Below, piece by piece: positions 9,087-19,711 of a stretch of 64,000 nt of DNA. The notes beneath the pieces are model-generated. The model did no database searches. It had not been told where the DNA came from and saw only the letters and a program-made list of their open reading frames with translations. This DNA is from Candidatus Poribacteria bacterium (GTDB lineage: Bacteria > Poribacteria > WGA-4E > WGA-3G). Made by a program: the position numbers and the translations under genes. The stretch covers positions 96,001 to 160,000 of the forward strand of contig OZ243938.1 in NCBI GenBank assembly GCA_965214095.1. The letters are read 5' to 3'. Every line of letters starts with the position of its first letter. The stretch's first letter is position 1.

Positions 9087-11138
9087 ATGAAAAAGTTAGA
9101 TAGACTTACACTTGGAAAGACTGTTGTCTTAGTATTATTTTTGATACACCTATTACCTGTATGGATTTTCCAGTATTTTCCGACACAGGATGGGGCAAGT
9201 CATATATACAATGCTTATGTACTGAAAGAATACCACAACCACGACAACTATAGACTTCGTGAAGTCTACGAATTAAACACAACTTTATTCCCCAATTGGA
9301 CTTCACATGTTTTGTTGGTAGGCTTAATGTACATCTTCCCGCCGATTATATCTGAAAAAATAGTCATTACTTTGTGCATCGCGCTTTTACCGATTTCTCT
9401 ATTCTATTTCCTTAGATGTGTCCAGAAGAGTAATCTACTATTTGGCCTTATAGGATTCTTCTATGCCTACAATTATCTGCTGCATATGGGATTTTACAAC
9501 TTTGTTCTCAGTATATCGTTATATTTCTTTACTGTTGGATATTGGTGGAGAGTCAAAGACAATTTACGTTGGAATAACATACTAATCATATATCTAATGC
9601 TCATATTGACTTACTTTACACATTACCATTCCTATGCTTTACTCCTTATTTCTCTAACAATCTTATCGTTACTTTCATCAGTCTACAATGCAATGCATTC
9701 AGTAACAGACAAGAATAATATATCAGATGCACAGATGTCAAAATATAACTTTGCATTTAACAATTTCAAACCTACACTGAGATTGATAATTTCCCTAATA
9801 CCAGCATATTGTATAATGTTGGCTTACTACCTTTATCTTGTAAAAGCACATGGAAGTGATGGAGATTATAGAGGTATAGGTTGGCTTGTCAATTATTTTT
9901 TCTCTATGAAATCATTAGTTTCTTTTCGTGATGAGCACATACTTATTGGACAGATGCTATTGCTTGTGTTTGGAGTAGTATTTGTAATCTCTGTTCTCAA
10001 TAGAATCCGACTGTATAAAAATGGATTGAACACTGTCCCTCAACAATTTTGGTCAAGTATTGTCACTAAAACAGATGCATTTATGATCCTGGCAATTATT
10101 GTATCTGGAATGTATTTCATTTCTCCTTGGTCTGGTTACAGTGGGGGTTGGATAAATGACCGCTTTCATATATACATCTTCCTCATAATACTACCCTTCT
10201 TTACAGTCAACATACATCGATATATGAATAATATAATTGCGGGAACAATTATTTTCCTAGCCCTTTTGCACCTTGGTTTCAATGTACACACTTATGCCAT
10301 GTTGAATCGTGATATATCTGAAGCACTTTCGTTAGATGGAATGGATGAACGACATGCTGTTCTCAGTAGTATACCAGGTGAATGGAATGGAATCTCAGAT
10401 TCGCTCGGTTTTGAATCCAAGTATGTTGAACCATTTGGACATTTAGAGTGTCTGTTAGCAACAAATATGGGGATTGCATATCTTAATAACTATGAAGCTA
10501 ATACAGACCACTTTCCGCTACAATATAAAAATAAGGATTTGACTGTTGACTATATCATCGTTTGGAAAACTGAATTTCACGATACTGAAGGATTGGAACA
10601 AGAATATGACCTAATTGATTCCAATGACTACAACCGTCTATATCGTAGGAAAACGACTCCATCTGACAATCCACTTTGGATAGGATCAGATAGTTTGGCA
10701 TTTGACATGCAACCTCATGATGCAGAAACTGCCCTTGGGCACATTGCTATCTATAAAGATACTGTATACGAAGATGAAAGATTCGGATGGTTAACACAAT
10801 CAGAAAAGGATGGTCTTAGTAGTTCTGCAGGGACTCAACCTTATTCCGACAGCATTACAGGTGAGGATGATGGTGTTTTCCGTTTGGTTCTTCCTAACGG
10901 AATTTATGAAGTTATATGTTATTTCAATACGACAGAATCTGAACCTATTGAGATAAACCTAATTGCAAATGGCGAACATAAAATACAGCAATTGCAAATT
11001 TCTGATGGATATGAGAAAATTCAAAGAAGGTATAATATCACAATTACTGATGAACAACTGACCCAGGTGATATATACACGTGGCAAATCAGGTTATAACA
11101 GATGGGGATGGAGCGGTTTCTCAATTCAAAAACAATAG
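9087..11138 (+). CDS. Polytopic membrane protein (GT-C glycosyltransferase-like) with a C-terminal galactose-binding-like domain
   Basis: Many TM segments and a 'PTQDGASH' acidic loop after TM1. The soluble C-terminus 'AFDMQP...YEDERFGW...LPNGIYEV' resembles carbohydrate-binding beta-sandwiches. Confidence 0.6.
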   Translation: MKKLDRLTLGKTVVLVLFLIHLLPVWIFQYFPTQDGASHIYNAYVLKEYHNHDNYRLREVYELNTTLFPNWTSHVLLVGLMYIFPPIISEKIVITLCIALLPISLFYFLRCVQKSNLLFGLIGFFYAYNYLLHMGFYNFVLSISLYFFTVGYWWRVKDNLRWNNILIIYLMLILTYFTHYHSYALLLISLTILSLLSSVYNAMHSVTDKNNISDAQMSKYNFAFNNFKPTLRLIISLIPAYCIMLAYYLYLVKAHGSDGDYRGIGWLVNYFFSMKSLVSFRDEHILIGQMLLLVFGVVFVISVLNRIRLYKNGLNTVPQQFWSSIVTKTDAFMILAIIVSGMYFISPWSGYSGGWINDRFHIYIFLIILPFFTVNIHRYMNNIIAGTIIFLALLHLGFNVHTYAMLNRDISEALSLDGMDERHAVLSSIPGEWNGISDSLGFESKYVEPFGHLECLLATNMGIAYLNNYEANTDHFPLQYKNKDLTVDYIIVWKTEFHDTEGLEQEYDLIDSNDYNRLYRRKTTPSDNPLWIGSDSLAFDMQPHDAETALGHIAIYKDTVYEDERFGWLTQSEKDGLSSSAGTQPYSDSITGEDDGVFRLVLPNGIYEVICYFNTTESEPIEINLIANGEHKIQQLQISDGYEKIQRRYNITITDEQLTQVIYTRGKSGYNRWGWSGFSIQKQ

Positions 11139-11207
11139 AAACTGAATCTGTATAATCTTGAAGAAAATTAAATCAGAGTATTCAAAAATTAATGAAAGGA
11201 TACAAAT

Positions 11208-12827
11208 ATGATTGAAGTACAAGATATTGGATGGCATGCAGAAAGCAAAATAGGTGTTGTTGCTGCAGGTGGTGCAAAGGCAGTTGCAGCAGGAATTGAG
11301 CTCTTGGATGCAGGTGGAAACGCAGCGGACGCAGCAACTGCAACGATACTCGCTCTCAATGTTACTGACCATGGTGCGTGTTCAATTGGCGGTGAGGTGC
11401 CACTGCTCATCTATGATGCAGAGAAACATGAAGTGAAATCATTGTCTGGACTGGGACGCGCACCTCTCTCTCAAAAAGCAATCGACTGGTATATAGAAAA
11501 CGAGATACCAAACTATGATGTAAAAATGGCTCCTGTGCCATCTGTTGTTGACCTATGTACCACAACACTCAAACTCTATGGAACAATGACATTTGGGCAA
11601 ATCGTCTCACCTACCTTGAAAATCCTTGACGAAGGAAATGCAGAATGGCATCCTGATTTAGCTGCTACACTACGAAGATTAGTCTCTGAAGAAAGAAACA
11701 CTTCCGGAACTCGTGAGCAAAAAATTCAAGCAGCAAGTGATAGATTTTATGGACGAAACGATGTAAACAGCGACATTGCTGATGAATTAGAAGCCTTTTA
11801 CATTGAAAATGGTGGGTTTCTTCGAAGGAATGACCTCGCAGCACATGTTACATTAATTGAAGACCCTATAACCGTGGAATATCAAGGATACACAGTGTGT
11901 AAATGTGGCACATGGACACAAGGCCCCTACCTTTGTCAAGCATTGAGACTCTTGGAAGGATTTGACCTTAAATCTATCGGACATCTATCCGCAGATTATG
12001 TGCATGTAGTCACAGAAGCACTGAAGTTAGCGATGGCGGATAGAGATGCGTATTATGCTGATCCCGAATTTGTTGATGTACCGATGTCCACATTGCTCTC
12101 GGATGCTTATACTGAGATGCGTAAACCATTAATTGATATGGAAAAAGCATCCAATGAAGCACGACCAGGTGATGTAGAAAATATGAAACCGACAAAAGAT
12201 AATGGAGTATTTCGTCCAGGTGTTGGTGGAACAACAACCTGTGTTGTCGCTGACCGATGGGGGAACGTTGTTTCTGCTACGCCGAGTGCAAACGTGTACC
12301 ACGCAGGAGGTACTGGCACTACCGGTGTTAGTTATGGCAACCGTCTACGTAGTTTGAACACAACAGAAGGACACCCGAATTGTATTGAAGCGGGAAAACG
12401 TCCAAGAATTACCTTGACACCAACACTTGTTCTGAAGGATGGAAAACCTATATTGGCAATCAGCGTTGCTGGAGGGGACTTGCAGGATCAAGCAACGATG
12501 AACTTACTGCTTAATTATGTTGAGTTTGGTATGAAACCAGAAGATGCAGTGACGGCACCTCGGTTTGCAACTGCACATCATGAAGATTCGTTTGACCCAA
12601 ATCCTAATCGCGAACAGACATTCAAAGGACCAGGATCTCTGACTATCAACAATAGTGTCAACGAAGATATCCGGGAAGACCTTGCAGGTCGCGGACACAA
12701 GGTAAGTGCAGTCTCTTCAGCAATTGCTGCACCTTCAATGCTCTATATTGACCAAGATTCAGAAACTTATTATGCTGTGGGTGACCCTGCAGCTGGTAGA
12801 CATGCTGCCGGTTTATCTGGAGAATAA
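11208..12827 (+). CDS. Gamma-glutamyltransferase family protein
   Basis: 'GGNAADAA', 'MADRDAYYADP', autoprocessing 'GTTTCVVADRWGN', 'GKRPRITLTP', 'GGDLQDQ'. Confidence 0.9.
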   Translation: MIEVQDIGWHAESKIGVVAAGGAKAVAAGIELLDAGGNAADAATATILALNVTDHGACSIGGEVPLLIYDAEKHEVKSLSGLGRAPLSQKAIDWYIENEIPNYDVKMAPVPSVVDLCTTTLKLYGTMTFGQIVSPTLKILDEGNAEWHPDLAATLRRLVSEERNTSGTREQKIQAASDRFYGRNDVNSDIADELEAFYIENGGFLRRNDLAAHVTLIEDPITVEYQGYTVCKCGTWTQGPYLCQALRLLEGFDLKSIGHLSADYVHVVTEALKLAMADRDAYYADPEFVDVPMSTLLSDAYTEMRKPLIDMEKASNEARPGDVENMKPTKDNGVFRPGVGGTTTCVVADRWGNVVSATPSANVYHAGGTGTTGVSYGNRLRSLNTTEGHPNCIEAGKRPRITLTPTLVLKDGKPILAISVAGGDLQDQATMNLLLNYVEFGMKPEDAVTAPRFATAHHEDSFDPNPNREQTFKGPGSLTINNSVNEDIREDLAGRGHKVSAVSSAIAAPSMLYIDQDSETYYAVGDPAAGRHAAGLSGE

Positions 12828-12860
12828 TGTTATGGTCTGATTAAACAAGCATTATATTAT

Positions 12861-13658
12861 TCAATAACCCAAACTCCGCAGATATTCTCGATTTACTTTC
12901 GCAGCTTCAGCAGGTGGACGTGGCGGGTACGGACGGTCCAGTTCTACTGAAACCCATCCATCATATTCAACAGATTCAAGTCCTTCAAGCACTGCTTTAA
13001 CATCAAGTCCAAGATTACCTGCACCAAGTTCTGCAAAGCGTGCCTTTTCACCGAATCGTTGGGTTCTATAATTCCATGTATCGGGTTCATCTGCATGACA
13101 GTCTTTGAGATGCACGTGTCCAATGCGATTACGCAAGAGTTCACTATCAAACACCTTCATCGGATCGCTGCCTGCTGCAAGCATGTGGCCTGTATCAAAC
13201 AATAACCAAAGACTTGGAGCAACGGATAATAGACGTTCTGCATCTTCAACCGTCTCAATCAATGTGCCGAGATGTGCGTGATGGAACCCTTTGATTTGGT
13301 GTGCATCACAATAGGCAAGAATATCATCAAGTGTTCGCGCACCATTTTCTATATCACTATCACTTGGATCAGCACCACCCCATTCACTACGTCGCAGTGC
13401 GGGGACCTCTGCTGCGTAATTTCCAAGTGTTACGTTGAACCTTACTCTATCAAGTCCAGCACCACCTGCGTTGACGATGTGTAACCCTAAACTACGAGCA
13501 AGTGTTGCCATTTCAATCAGATTTTCTGCACCATCAATAGGGACACTTTCCACACCTTCCCAACCAGCCTCTGCGACTTCACGCAATACTTTTTCAGGAT
13601 TATCTCTCTGCTCACCGCCAAACTGAATTAAATGGCAAGCGAATCTTAAGTTACTCAT
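12861..13658 (-). CDS. Sugar phosphate isomerase/epimerase (AP endonuclease 2 / IolE-like TIM barrel)
   Basis: Motifs 'HHAHLGT', 'FDTGH', 'HVHLKD', 'YDGWVSVELD'. Confidence 0.85.
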   Translation of the reverse strand: MSNLRFACHLIQFGGEQRDNPEKVLREVAEAGWEGVESVPIDGAENLIEMATLARSLGLHIVNAGGAGLDRVRFNVTLGNYAAEVPALRRSEWGGADPSDSDIENGARTLDDILAYCDAHQIKGFHHAHLGTLIETVEDAERLLSVAPSLWLLFDTGHMLAAGSDPMKVFDSELLRNRIGHVHLKDCHADEPDTWNYRTQRFGEKARFAELGAGNLGLDVKAVLEGLESVEYDGWVSVELDRPYPPRPPAEAAKVNREYLRSLGY

Positions 13659-13825
13659 GCGTATACTCCTATCTCAACCAACTGAATTATGTATTTTTTA
13701 CCTACAGTATTAGCATACTATCCAAGAGTGAAAAGCGTAAAATTCTCTGCATGTTTTTCTATTCTTGAGATAGTTTATTTTTGGAGTAGATCTAATATTT
13801 GACTTATCCTTATCTTCTGGCACTA

Positions 13826-14590
13826 TCAATTGAGCATTTTGAGCATCCCCCAAGTCGTTGCTGCTTTCTCTAATGGAGAGACACTCAGAACCTGATCCAT
13901 ATCCTGCTTGATCTCAGCTTTAGTCAGAACACGGTTATAGATAACAAATTCATCAAGCATACCCTTATAAGGCCACGCGCCGTCTAACCGATTACCAAAC
14001 CAGTGGTCTGCTTGAGAAACAGGAATCTCTCCTTCCAACTTGTGTGTTTCATCAAGTTCACCGTTTATATAAATCCGAAGTTCTTTATTGAACTCATAGA
14101 CTGCGGCAACGTGTGACCATCTATTCTGTGAAATTATGTTTTTAGCACTATTCCAGGTGCCTCCACCTGCTCCAGCACTTCCAATCCATACTGAAGGTTT
14201 GCCTTGATGCAGACTCAAATAATATGTATGAGGATCTGCCTGTCCACGTATATTCCGATATTCACCAACACTTTGTGGGTATAGCCATACACCCATCGTA
14301 AAACTCTTGGTAATCGCCAGACTATTTGACGCTTTGACTGCAACCACGCCTTGCTGAACTTGTTCATCAAAATACACTGCTGACTTTATTTTGCCGTTGT
14401 GCATCCATTTTACATCACCTTCAAGGATACCATCATTACCTTTGCCACTAAGATCCTCTACATCTTTTCCGTCACCCTCATCGAATGACAGATAAAGTAC
14501 CATCGCATCGTCCTTAATTGCTTCAACGACAACAGGCAATGTCAACATAATTGTCGTGCACATTACAAAGATAAGTATTCTTTTCATCAT
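13826..14590 (-). CDS. Secreted LamG/concanavalin A-like domain protein
   Basis: Signal peptide; 'LYLSFDEGDG', 'WSHVAAVY', 'IYINGE', 'GMLDEFVIYNRVL'; C-terminal 'SVSPLEKAATTWGMLK'. Confidence 0.9.
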   Translation of the reverse strand: MMKRILIFVMCTTIMLTLPVVVEAIKDDAMVLYLSFDEGDGKDVEDLSGKGNDGILEGDVKWMHNGKIKSAVYFDEQVQQGVVAVKASNSLAITKSFTMGVWLYPQSVGEYRNIRGQADPHTYYLSLHQGKPSVWIGSAGAGGGTWNSAKNIISQNRWSHVAAVYEFNKELRIYINGELDETHKLEGEIPVSQADHWFGNRLDGAWPYKGMLDEFVIYNRVLTKAEIKQDMDQVLSVSPLEKAATTWGMLKMLN

Positions 14591-14599
14591 AAGAAGAAC

Positions 14600-14920
14600 C
14601 TACTTCCAATCATCATCTGGAGGGTATATTGTGTAACTTCCACCCCCAGCACCTTTATATTCGTTCTCTGCAAACCAATCCTTAACGGTATCACGCCACT
14701 TGATGAAGTGTGGTGTTTCCAGATGTGCTTTGAATGCATCCTCATCTAAATACACCTCATAAAGCCAAATCCGATTCTCATCAGAACCATCTTGTATCAC
14801 ATCAAATCTTAAACAACCCGGTTCATCACGAACTGAACCCCGAGCATCGTCTAACATCGCTTCTATAAATTCTTCACGTTTACCTTCTTTTATCTGAATT
14901 GGGGCAATTATTACAAACAT
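14600..14920 (-). CDS. Antibiotic biosynthesis monooxygenase (ABM/LsrG-like) protein
   Basis: 'EPGCLRFDVIQD...LYEVY..EDAFKAHLETPHF'. Confidence 0.88.
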   Translation of the reverse strand: MFVIIAPIQIKEGKREEFIEAMLDDARGSVRDEPGCLRFDVIQDGSDENRIWLYEVYLDEDAFKAHLETPHFIKWRDTVKDWFAENEYKGAGGGSYTIYPPDDDWK

Positions 14921-15063
14921 ATTCTTTCTCCCTTAAATGAGTATAGTTATGGGTAAAATCTAACTTATCATACTGAATATCAGATGTCAAGTTGAAAGTT
15001 GTGGAAGTTTTAATTATTCGTAAAAAGGAGGAAACTAATCTAATTCAAACCTGCTTAAGACTA

Positions 15064-15822
15064 CTAACTACGAAGTGTCAAATTGTCAGCCATCACTACT
15101 CCATCTCGGTTCTTTGTACCTGAGGACATGTAATGGATGACCATTGCACGTCTGTCTCGTGGTGATCTGTTCGGATTAGTTTGATGAAGTGTCATACAGT
15201 GATGTAACATGACATATCCCGCTTTGACTGGAACCGCAACAGCACGAGTCTCATCTGCATCGACCTCCAAAAGCGCAGGTAATTCACCCTTTTCTGACTT
15301 AGCACGTCCGTGAGAGGTCAATCCCTCTAAATGACTACCGGGAATTACATTCATACAACCGTTTTCCTCATCCGCATCATCAAGTGCAATCCAGATACTC
15401 ACAAGATTCGGAGGATCACATTGCCAATATGCGTTGTCCTGATGCCAAAAAACTTCTCCACCATGATAAGCAGGTTTATAGAGTGCCTGATCATGAAATA
15501 ACTGGATTTCAGTTCCAATCAAACTCTCTGCTATATCTAATAACGGTTTGTGGTAGAGCAGCTTTTGATACTCCTCATCTAATCGCCACATCTCCATAAT
15601 CTGCAACATCTCTTCAGCGCGATCAGTAGCATCATCATTTTCCGAATTTTCAACAACTGCAAGGTTTCGCATTCCTTTTCCAGTAGTACCTCTTCTCTCT
15701 GCAAAAAGCGTGTCATAATGTTCACGCAGCACAGTGAGATGATTGTCATCAATAACTCGTTCATTTATCTTGAGATACCCTTCACTCTTGAATGTTTCTA
15801 CCTCTTGTAAACTAAGTTTCAT
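15064..15822 (-). CDS. Phytanoyl-CoA dioxygenase (PhyH) family Fe(II)/2OG oxygenase
   Basis: Motifs 'WHQD', 'WIALDDA..ENGCM.VIPGSH', 'TLH...NRS...RR'. Confidence 0.92.
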   Translation of the reverse strand: MKLSLQEVETFKSEGYLKINERVIDDNHLTVLREHYDTLFAERRGTTGKGMRNLAVVENSENDDATDRAEEMLQIMEMWRLDEEYQKLLYHKPLLDIAESLIGTEIQLFHDQALYKPAYHGGEVFWHQDNAYWQCDPPNLVSIWIALDDADEENGCMNVIPGSHLEGLTSHGRAKSEKGELPALLEVDADETRAVAVPVKAGYVMLHHCMTLHQTNPNRSPRDRRAMVIHYMSSGTKNRDGVVMADNLTLRS

Positions 15823-15858
15823 ATATCTCCTCTATCATATCATAAGTTATTATTATTT

Positions 15859-15880
15859 GTAGGAGGGGTTTCTAACCCGA
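15859..15880 (+). repeat. Degenerate single GTAG-type REP
   Basis: GTAGGAGGGGTTTCTAACCCGA shares the GTAG tail and GGTT..AACC core of the other copies. Confidence 0.5.
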
Positions 15881-15888
15881 GTATTATT

Positions 15889-16836
15889 TTATGTTTTAGA
15901 TAGCGATGCTAACCGAATATCGTTTAACTCTTTTGCACTGAATACTCCTGCTTTGTAAAGATTCAGGTATTCTTCAGATACACTTTGACCAAAGATAATC
16001 AGATCGTCTGTATTAATCGTGACTGCTACACCGTTATCATACAGGATCCGAATAGGATGAGAAGCAAGGTTAGGAACTGCACTCAACATCACGTTACTCG
16101 TGGGACACACATTTAATTGTATCTGATTCTGAGATAACCACCGCATCACTTCAACCGATTCTGCTGCAGCGATTCCGTGTTGCACCTCGTCCAAGTCAAG
16201 GATTTCAACTGTTCTCCGTATCTCTTCTGTGTCTCCAAATTCACCGACATGTGCTTTGAGTTTCATTCCAGCTGCGCGCGCCGCACCATATAAAGGTTTT
16301 ACTTCTTCAGGAGCACATGCTTCTTCAAAACTATACAGATCTATTGATTTAAAAACGCCTAATTCCACTGCTTCATGTGCAAACTTCATGAGACTTGCAT
16401 CGCTAACATGTGTCCGTGGAATACCGAGTTCAGGTCGTAAGTTTACTTGTGGTTTAAATCTATCAACTAACCCCTCAATAAACGCTTTTACACCCACTAA
16501 TCCATCGGGATAAAACCTTGTCATCATAATATCAAAACTCATTTCAAGGTAGACCACACCATCCTCTATGGCATCGTTTACGCCTGATGATGAAACAAAT
16601 TCAAAACCTTCACGGGATTTCTGGAGAGGTGCTAAAACTGCGAGAATATACTCCATCATCCCCTTAAGTCCTTTCATCATACGAGGAGGTCTCGGCACAG
16701 AATGTCCTAACCATTCTTCCAAATTCTGCAATCTTGTGCTAAGAAAAGCGTGAGAATGGACATCTGTTTTGGGTGCTGCTCTTAATCCATCAAGATTATA
16801 TGTTGATAATGCTGTAACAAAATCTGTGTCTTTCAT
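15889..16836 (-). CDS. Adenosine/adenine deaminase family metallohydrolase
   Basis: Motifs 'PKTDVHSH', 'KAHVGE', 'QHGI', 'VCPTSNV', 'INTDD'. Confidence 0.87.
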   Translation of the reverse strand: MKDTDFVTALSTYNLDGLRAAPKTDVHSHAFLSTRLQNLEEWLGHSVPRPPRMMKGLKGMMEYILAVLAPLQKSREGFEFVSSSGVNDAIEDGVVYLEMSFDIMMTRFYPDGLVGVKAFIEGLVDRFKPQVNLRPELGIPRTHVSDASLMKFAHEAVELGVFKSIDLYSFEEACAPEEVKPLYGAARAAGMKLKAHVGEFGDTEEIRRTVEILDLDEVQHGIAAAESVEVMRWLSQNQIQLNVCPTSNVMLSAVPNLASHPIRILYDNGVAVTINTDDLIIFGQSVSEEYLNLYKAGVFSAKELNDIRLASLSKT

Positions 16837-16990
16837 ATCAATTTATGTCATTCATAATTCACCTATACTCATTTTATTGTAGCACGAATCTCAAAATGTA
16901 TGCTAAACTAAAAACACTATTAGCAGATGAATATAGTTTCTTGTTAGTTCAATACAAATCATACATTGTAATGTGAGATAACACTGACAA

Positions 16991-18598
16991 ATGTTTGGCA
17001 CAATGATGGACAATCCTCTTTCAATATCGTTAATAATTGAACACGTTAATCGGATACACGGTGATAAGCATGTCTTTTCTCTCTCACCAAATGGAGAGAT
17101 ACACAACTATACCTATTCTAACCTCTATTCCCGTACAATGAAGTTAGCAGATGCGATCACAGAATTAGGTATACAACAAGGGGAAGTTATAGGCACTTTT
17201 TCATCCAATAATCACCAACACTTAGAACTTTCCTTTGCTATTCCAATTATAGGTTCAATTATCCATCCTATCAACATTAAACTCTCACCTATTCAACTTT
17301 CAAAGATTATCAGAGAAGCAGATGACAAAATCATATTTGTTGATGGAATGATGTTTGATAAATTTACTAACTTACGCAATGAAATAGAGGGTCTACATTC
17401 TATCGTATTCAACTCACAGAATTCTAAGACTGAATCAAAATGTGAATATGAGATGTTGATATCCAATGCAAGTGATAATTACTCGACAGAAATCCAAGAC
17501 GAAAATATGGCAATGGCATTATGTTATACAAGTGGTACAAATGGCGAACCGAAAGGAGTTCTCTATACTCATCGTTCCATGCTATTACATACTTTGGCTG
17601 TCAATCAAGCTGATGTGTTTGGTCTAACAGAAGCAGATGTTGTGATGCCACTTGTACCAATGTATCATGCAATGGGTTGGGGACTACATTATGCTGCTAT
17701 GTTTGCTGGTGCGGATCTCGTACTAACCGATCCAATCAATCAACATATTATTGATCTCATCGCAGAAACCAAAGTTACTATTGCAGCAGGTGTGCCAACT
17801 GTTTGGAAAAAACTAATACCTGAATTACTGAAAAGAAGAAACGATGTGCCTTCACTACAACGAATAATCGTAGGTGGAGAACCGATGCCAGTGAATCTCA
17901 TTGAAATATTTGAAAAAGAGCTTAATATAGAAATAAGGCATGCATGGGGAATGACAGAAATGTCTCCGACAGGAACATTTTCCACACTAAAGAAGAAACA
18001 TCATAAATTATCTGACCAAGAAAAATACAAGATTAAAGCATTACAAGGTCAACCCATTCCAGGTGTTCAGCTACGGATCGTTGATGAGAATCAGTATATA
18101 CTTCCTAATGATGGAATTTGTGTGGGAGAGGTGCAGGTAAAAAGTCCATGGACAGCGAGTAGTTACTTTAAAAACGGAATAGATGGCTATAGTTTTACTG
18201 AAGACGGATGGTTTCGAACAGGTGATCTGGCAACAATCAATGAGGATGGATATATGAAGATTGTTGACAGATTGAAATCACTTATCAAAAGTGGTGGAGA
18301 GTTCATATCTCCTAAGGAATTAGAGACTGCACTTTTGAAACATCCAATTGTTACGGATAGTGCAGTTGTCGGTATTTCTGATGACAAATGGGGTGAAAGA
18401 CCAGTCGCAGTTATTGTAATATCAGATCAGGATAACGTTGATATATCAGAAATATTGAAAGAACATCTGTCTAAGGATTTTCCAAAATTCTGGATTCCAG
18501 ACAAGTTTATTATTGTTGAAAAAATACCGAAAACAGGATCAGGAAAAACTGATACAGTTGCGATTAGAAGGACATTAAATGGAGTTTTTACGAAATAA
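16991..18598 (+). CDS. Acyl-CoA ligase (long/medium-chain fatty acid-CoA ligase, AlkK/DmdB-like)
   Basis: Motifs 'YTSGTNGEPKGV', 'AWGMTE', 'WFRTGD', 'IKSGGE', 'KWGERP'. Confidence 0.9.
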   Translation: MFGTMMDNPLSISLIIEHVNRIHGDKHVFSLSPNGEIHNYTYSNLYSRTMKLADAITELGIQQGEVIGTFSSNNHQHLELSFAIPIIGSIIHPINIKLSPIQLSKIIREADDKIIFVDGMMFDKFTNLRNEIEGLHSIVFNSQNSKTESKCEYEMLISNASDNYSTEIQDENMAMALCYTSGTNGEPKGVLYTHRSMLLHTLAVNQADVFGLTEADVVMPLVPMYHAMGWGLHYAAMFAGADLVLTDPINQHIIDLIAETKVTIAAGVPTVWKKLIPELLKRRNDVPSLQRIIVGGEPMPVNLIEIFEKELNIEIRHAWGMTEMSPTGTFSTLKKKHHKLSDQEKYKIKALQGQPIPGVQLRIVDENQYILPNDGICVGEVQVKSPWTASSYFKNGIDGYSFTEDGWFRTGDLATINEDGYMKIVDRLKSLIKSGGEFISPKELETALLKHPIVTDSAVVGISDDKWGERPVAVIVISDQDNVDISEILKEHLSKDFPKFWIPDKFIIVEKIPKTGSGKTDTVAIRRTLNGVFTK

Positions 18599-18655
18599 AT
18601 TACGTGAGTTTGGTATATTCACGGAACAATTCTATCATATTTAAAGGATGCCAGT

Positions 18656-19390
18656 ATGTCAAATAACAACTATAGATTGAGTTCAGAGGAAGCAAATCAA
18701 TTTCGGAATCAAGGTTACCTTGGCCCCTATACTCTCTGCAGTCCAGAAGAAATGCGCAAACAACAACCAGAAGTTGAAAAAATACTCAAAACAGATGCAC
18801 CAGATCATAAGAATAGAGTCCATAACCGTCATCTTGACTATCCATTAATTCACGACCTTGCTACACATCCATCTATCGTTGAGCGCATGGTATCTCTTTA
18901 TGGACCCGATCTGTTGCTATGGAGAACACGGTTTTTCATCAAAGAACCTGGAGCAAAAGAGATTCCGTGGCATCAAGATTTCTTTACTGTACCCCTTGAA
19001 CCCCCACTTATAATATCAGCATGGATCGCAATTGATCCGGTTACAAAAGAAAACAGTTGTCTTCAGATTGTGCCAGGATCACATCGCAAAGTAATACCTC
19101 ACGTTAAATCAACTCCAGATATGGCATTTGGGCAAATGGGAGATCCTAACTATGTTGATGGAAGCAATTATGAGAATCTTGAGTTGCAACCGGGAGAATT
19201 TGTTCTGTTTAATGAACGGACATTACACCACTCTGATGCAAACCGTTCTGACAAGAGACGTATCGGACTAGCTGTTCGTGTGATCGTACCAATTGTGAAA
19301 GTCTTAAAATGGGATTCACCCAAACACGAGCCAATAGTAATAAGTGGAGAAGATAAAGTACAATTCAATAAAAGGAGTGAAGATGAATAG
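18656..19390 (+). CDS. PhyH family dioxygenase, duplicate copy 1
   Basis: 'WHQD...VPGSH...TLHHS..NRS..RR'; 244 aa. Confidence 0.92.
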   Translation: MSNNNYRLSSEEANQFRNQGYLGPYTLCSPEEMRKQQPEVEKILKTDAPDHKNRVHNRHLDYPLIHDLATHPSIVERMVSLYGPDLLLWRTRFFIKEPGAKEIPWHQDFFTVPLEPPLIISAWIAIDPVTKENSCLQIVPGSHRKVIPHVKSTPDMAFGQMGDPNYVDGSNYENLELQPGEFVLFNERTLHHSDANRSDKRRIGLAVRVIVPIVKVLKWDSPKHEPIVISGEDKVQFNKRSEDE

Positions 19391-19680
19391 ACAAATAACA
19401 TTAGCCGCACGTCCCGTTGGATATCCAAAAGAATCAGATTTTAAACTTGTTGAAACCCAATTCCAACCCCAGAAGATGGTTAAGTCTTGGTGAAAATCAT
19501 TTACCTTTCAGTGGATCCGTATATGCGTGGACGAATGAATCAGGCGCGGTCTTATGCTGCCAACGTTGAATTCAATGAAGTGATGGTTGGTGGTGTGGTC
19601 GCTCAGGTAGTAGAATCAAAACACACAGATTGTCAAGCAGGTGATATTGTCAACGCACATATCGGTTGGCAAGAATACGG
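19383..19680 (+). pseudogene. Truncated 5' fragment of the NADP-dependent oxidoreductase
   Basis: Copy of 20439-20737 with a 1-nt deletion near 19456 and CAA>TAA at 19480; it ends at the duplication junction. Confidence 0.93.
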
Positions 19681-19711
19681 AACAATTCTATCATAATTAA
19701 AGGATGCCAAT

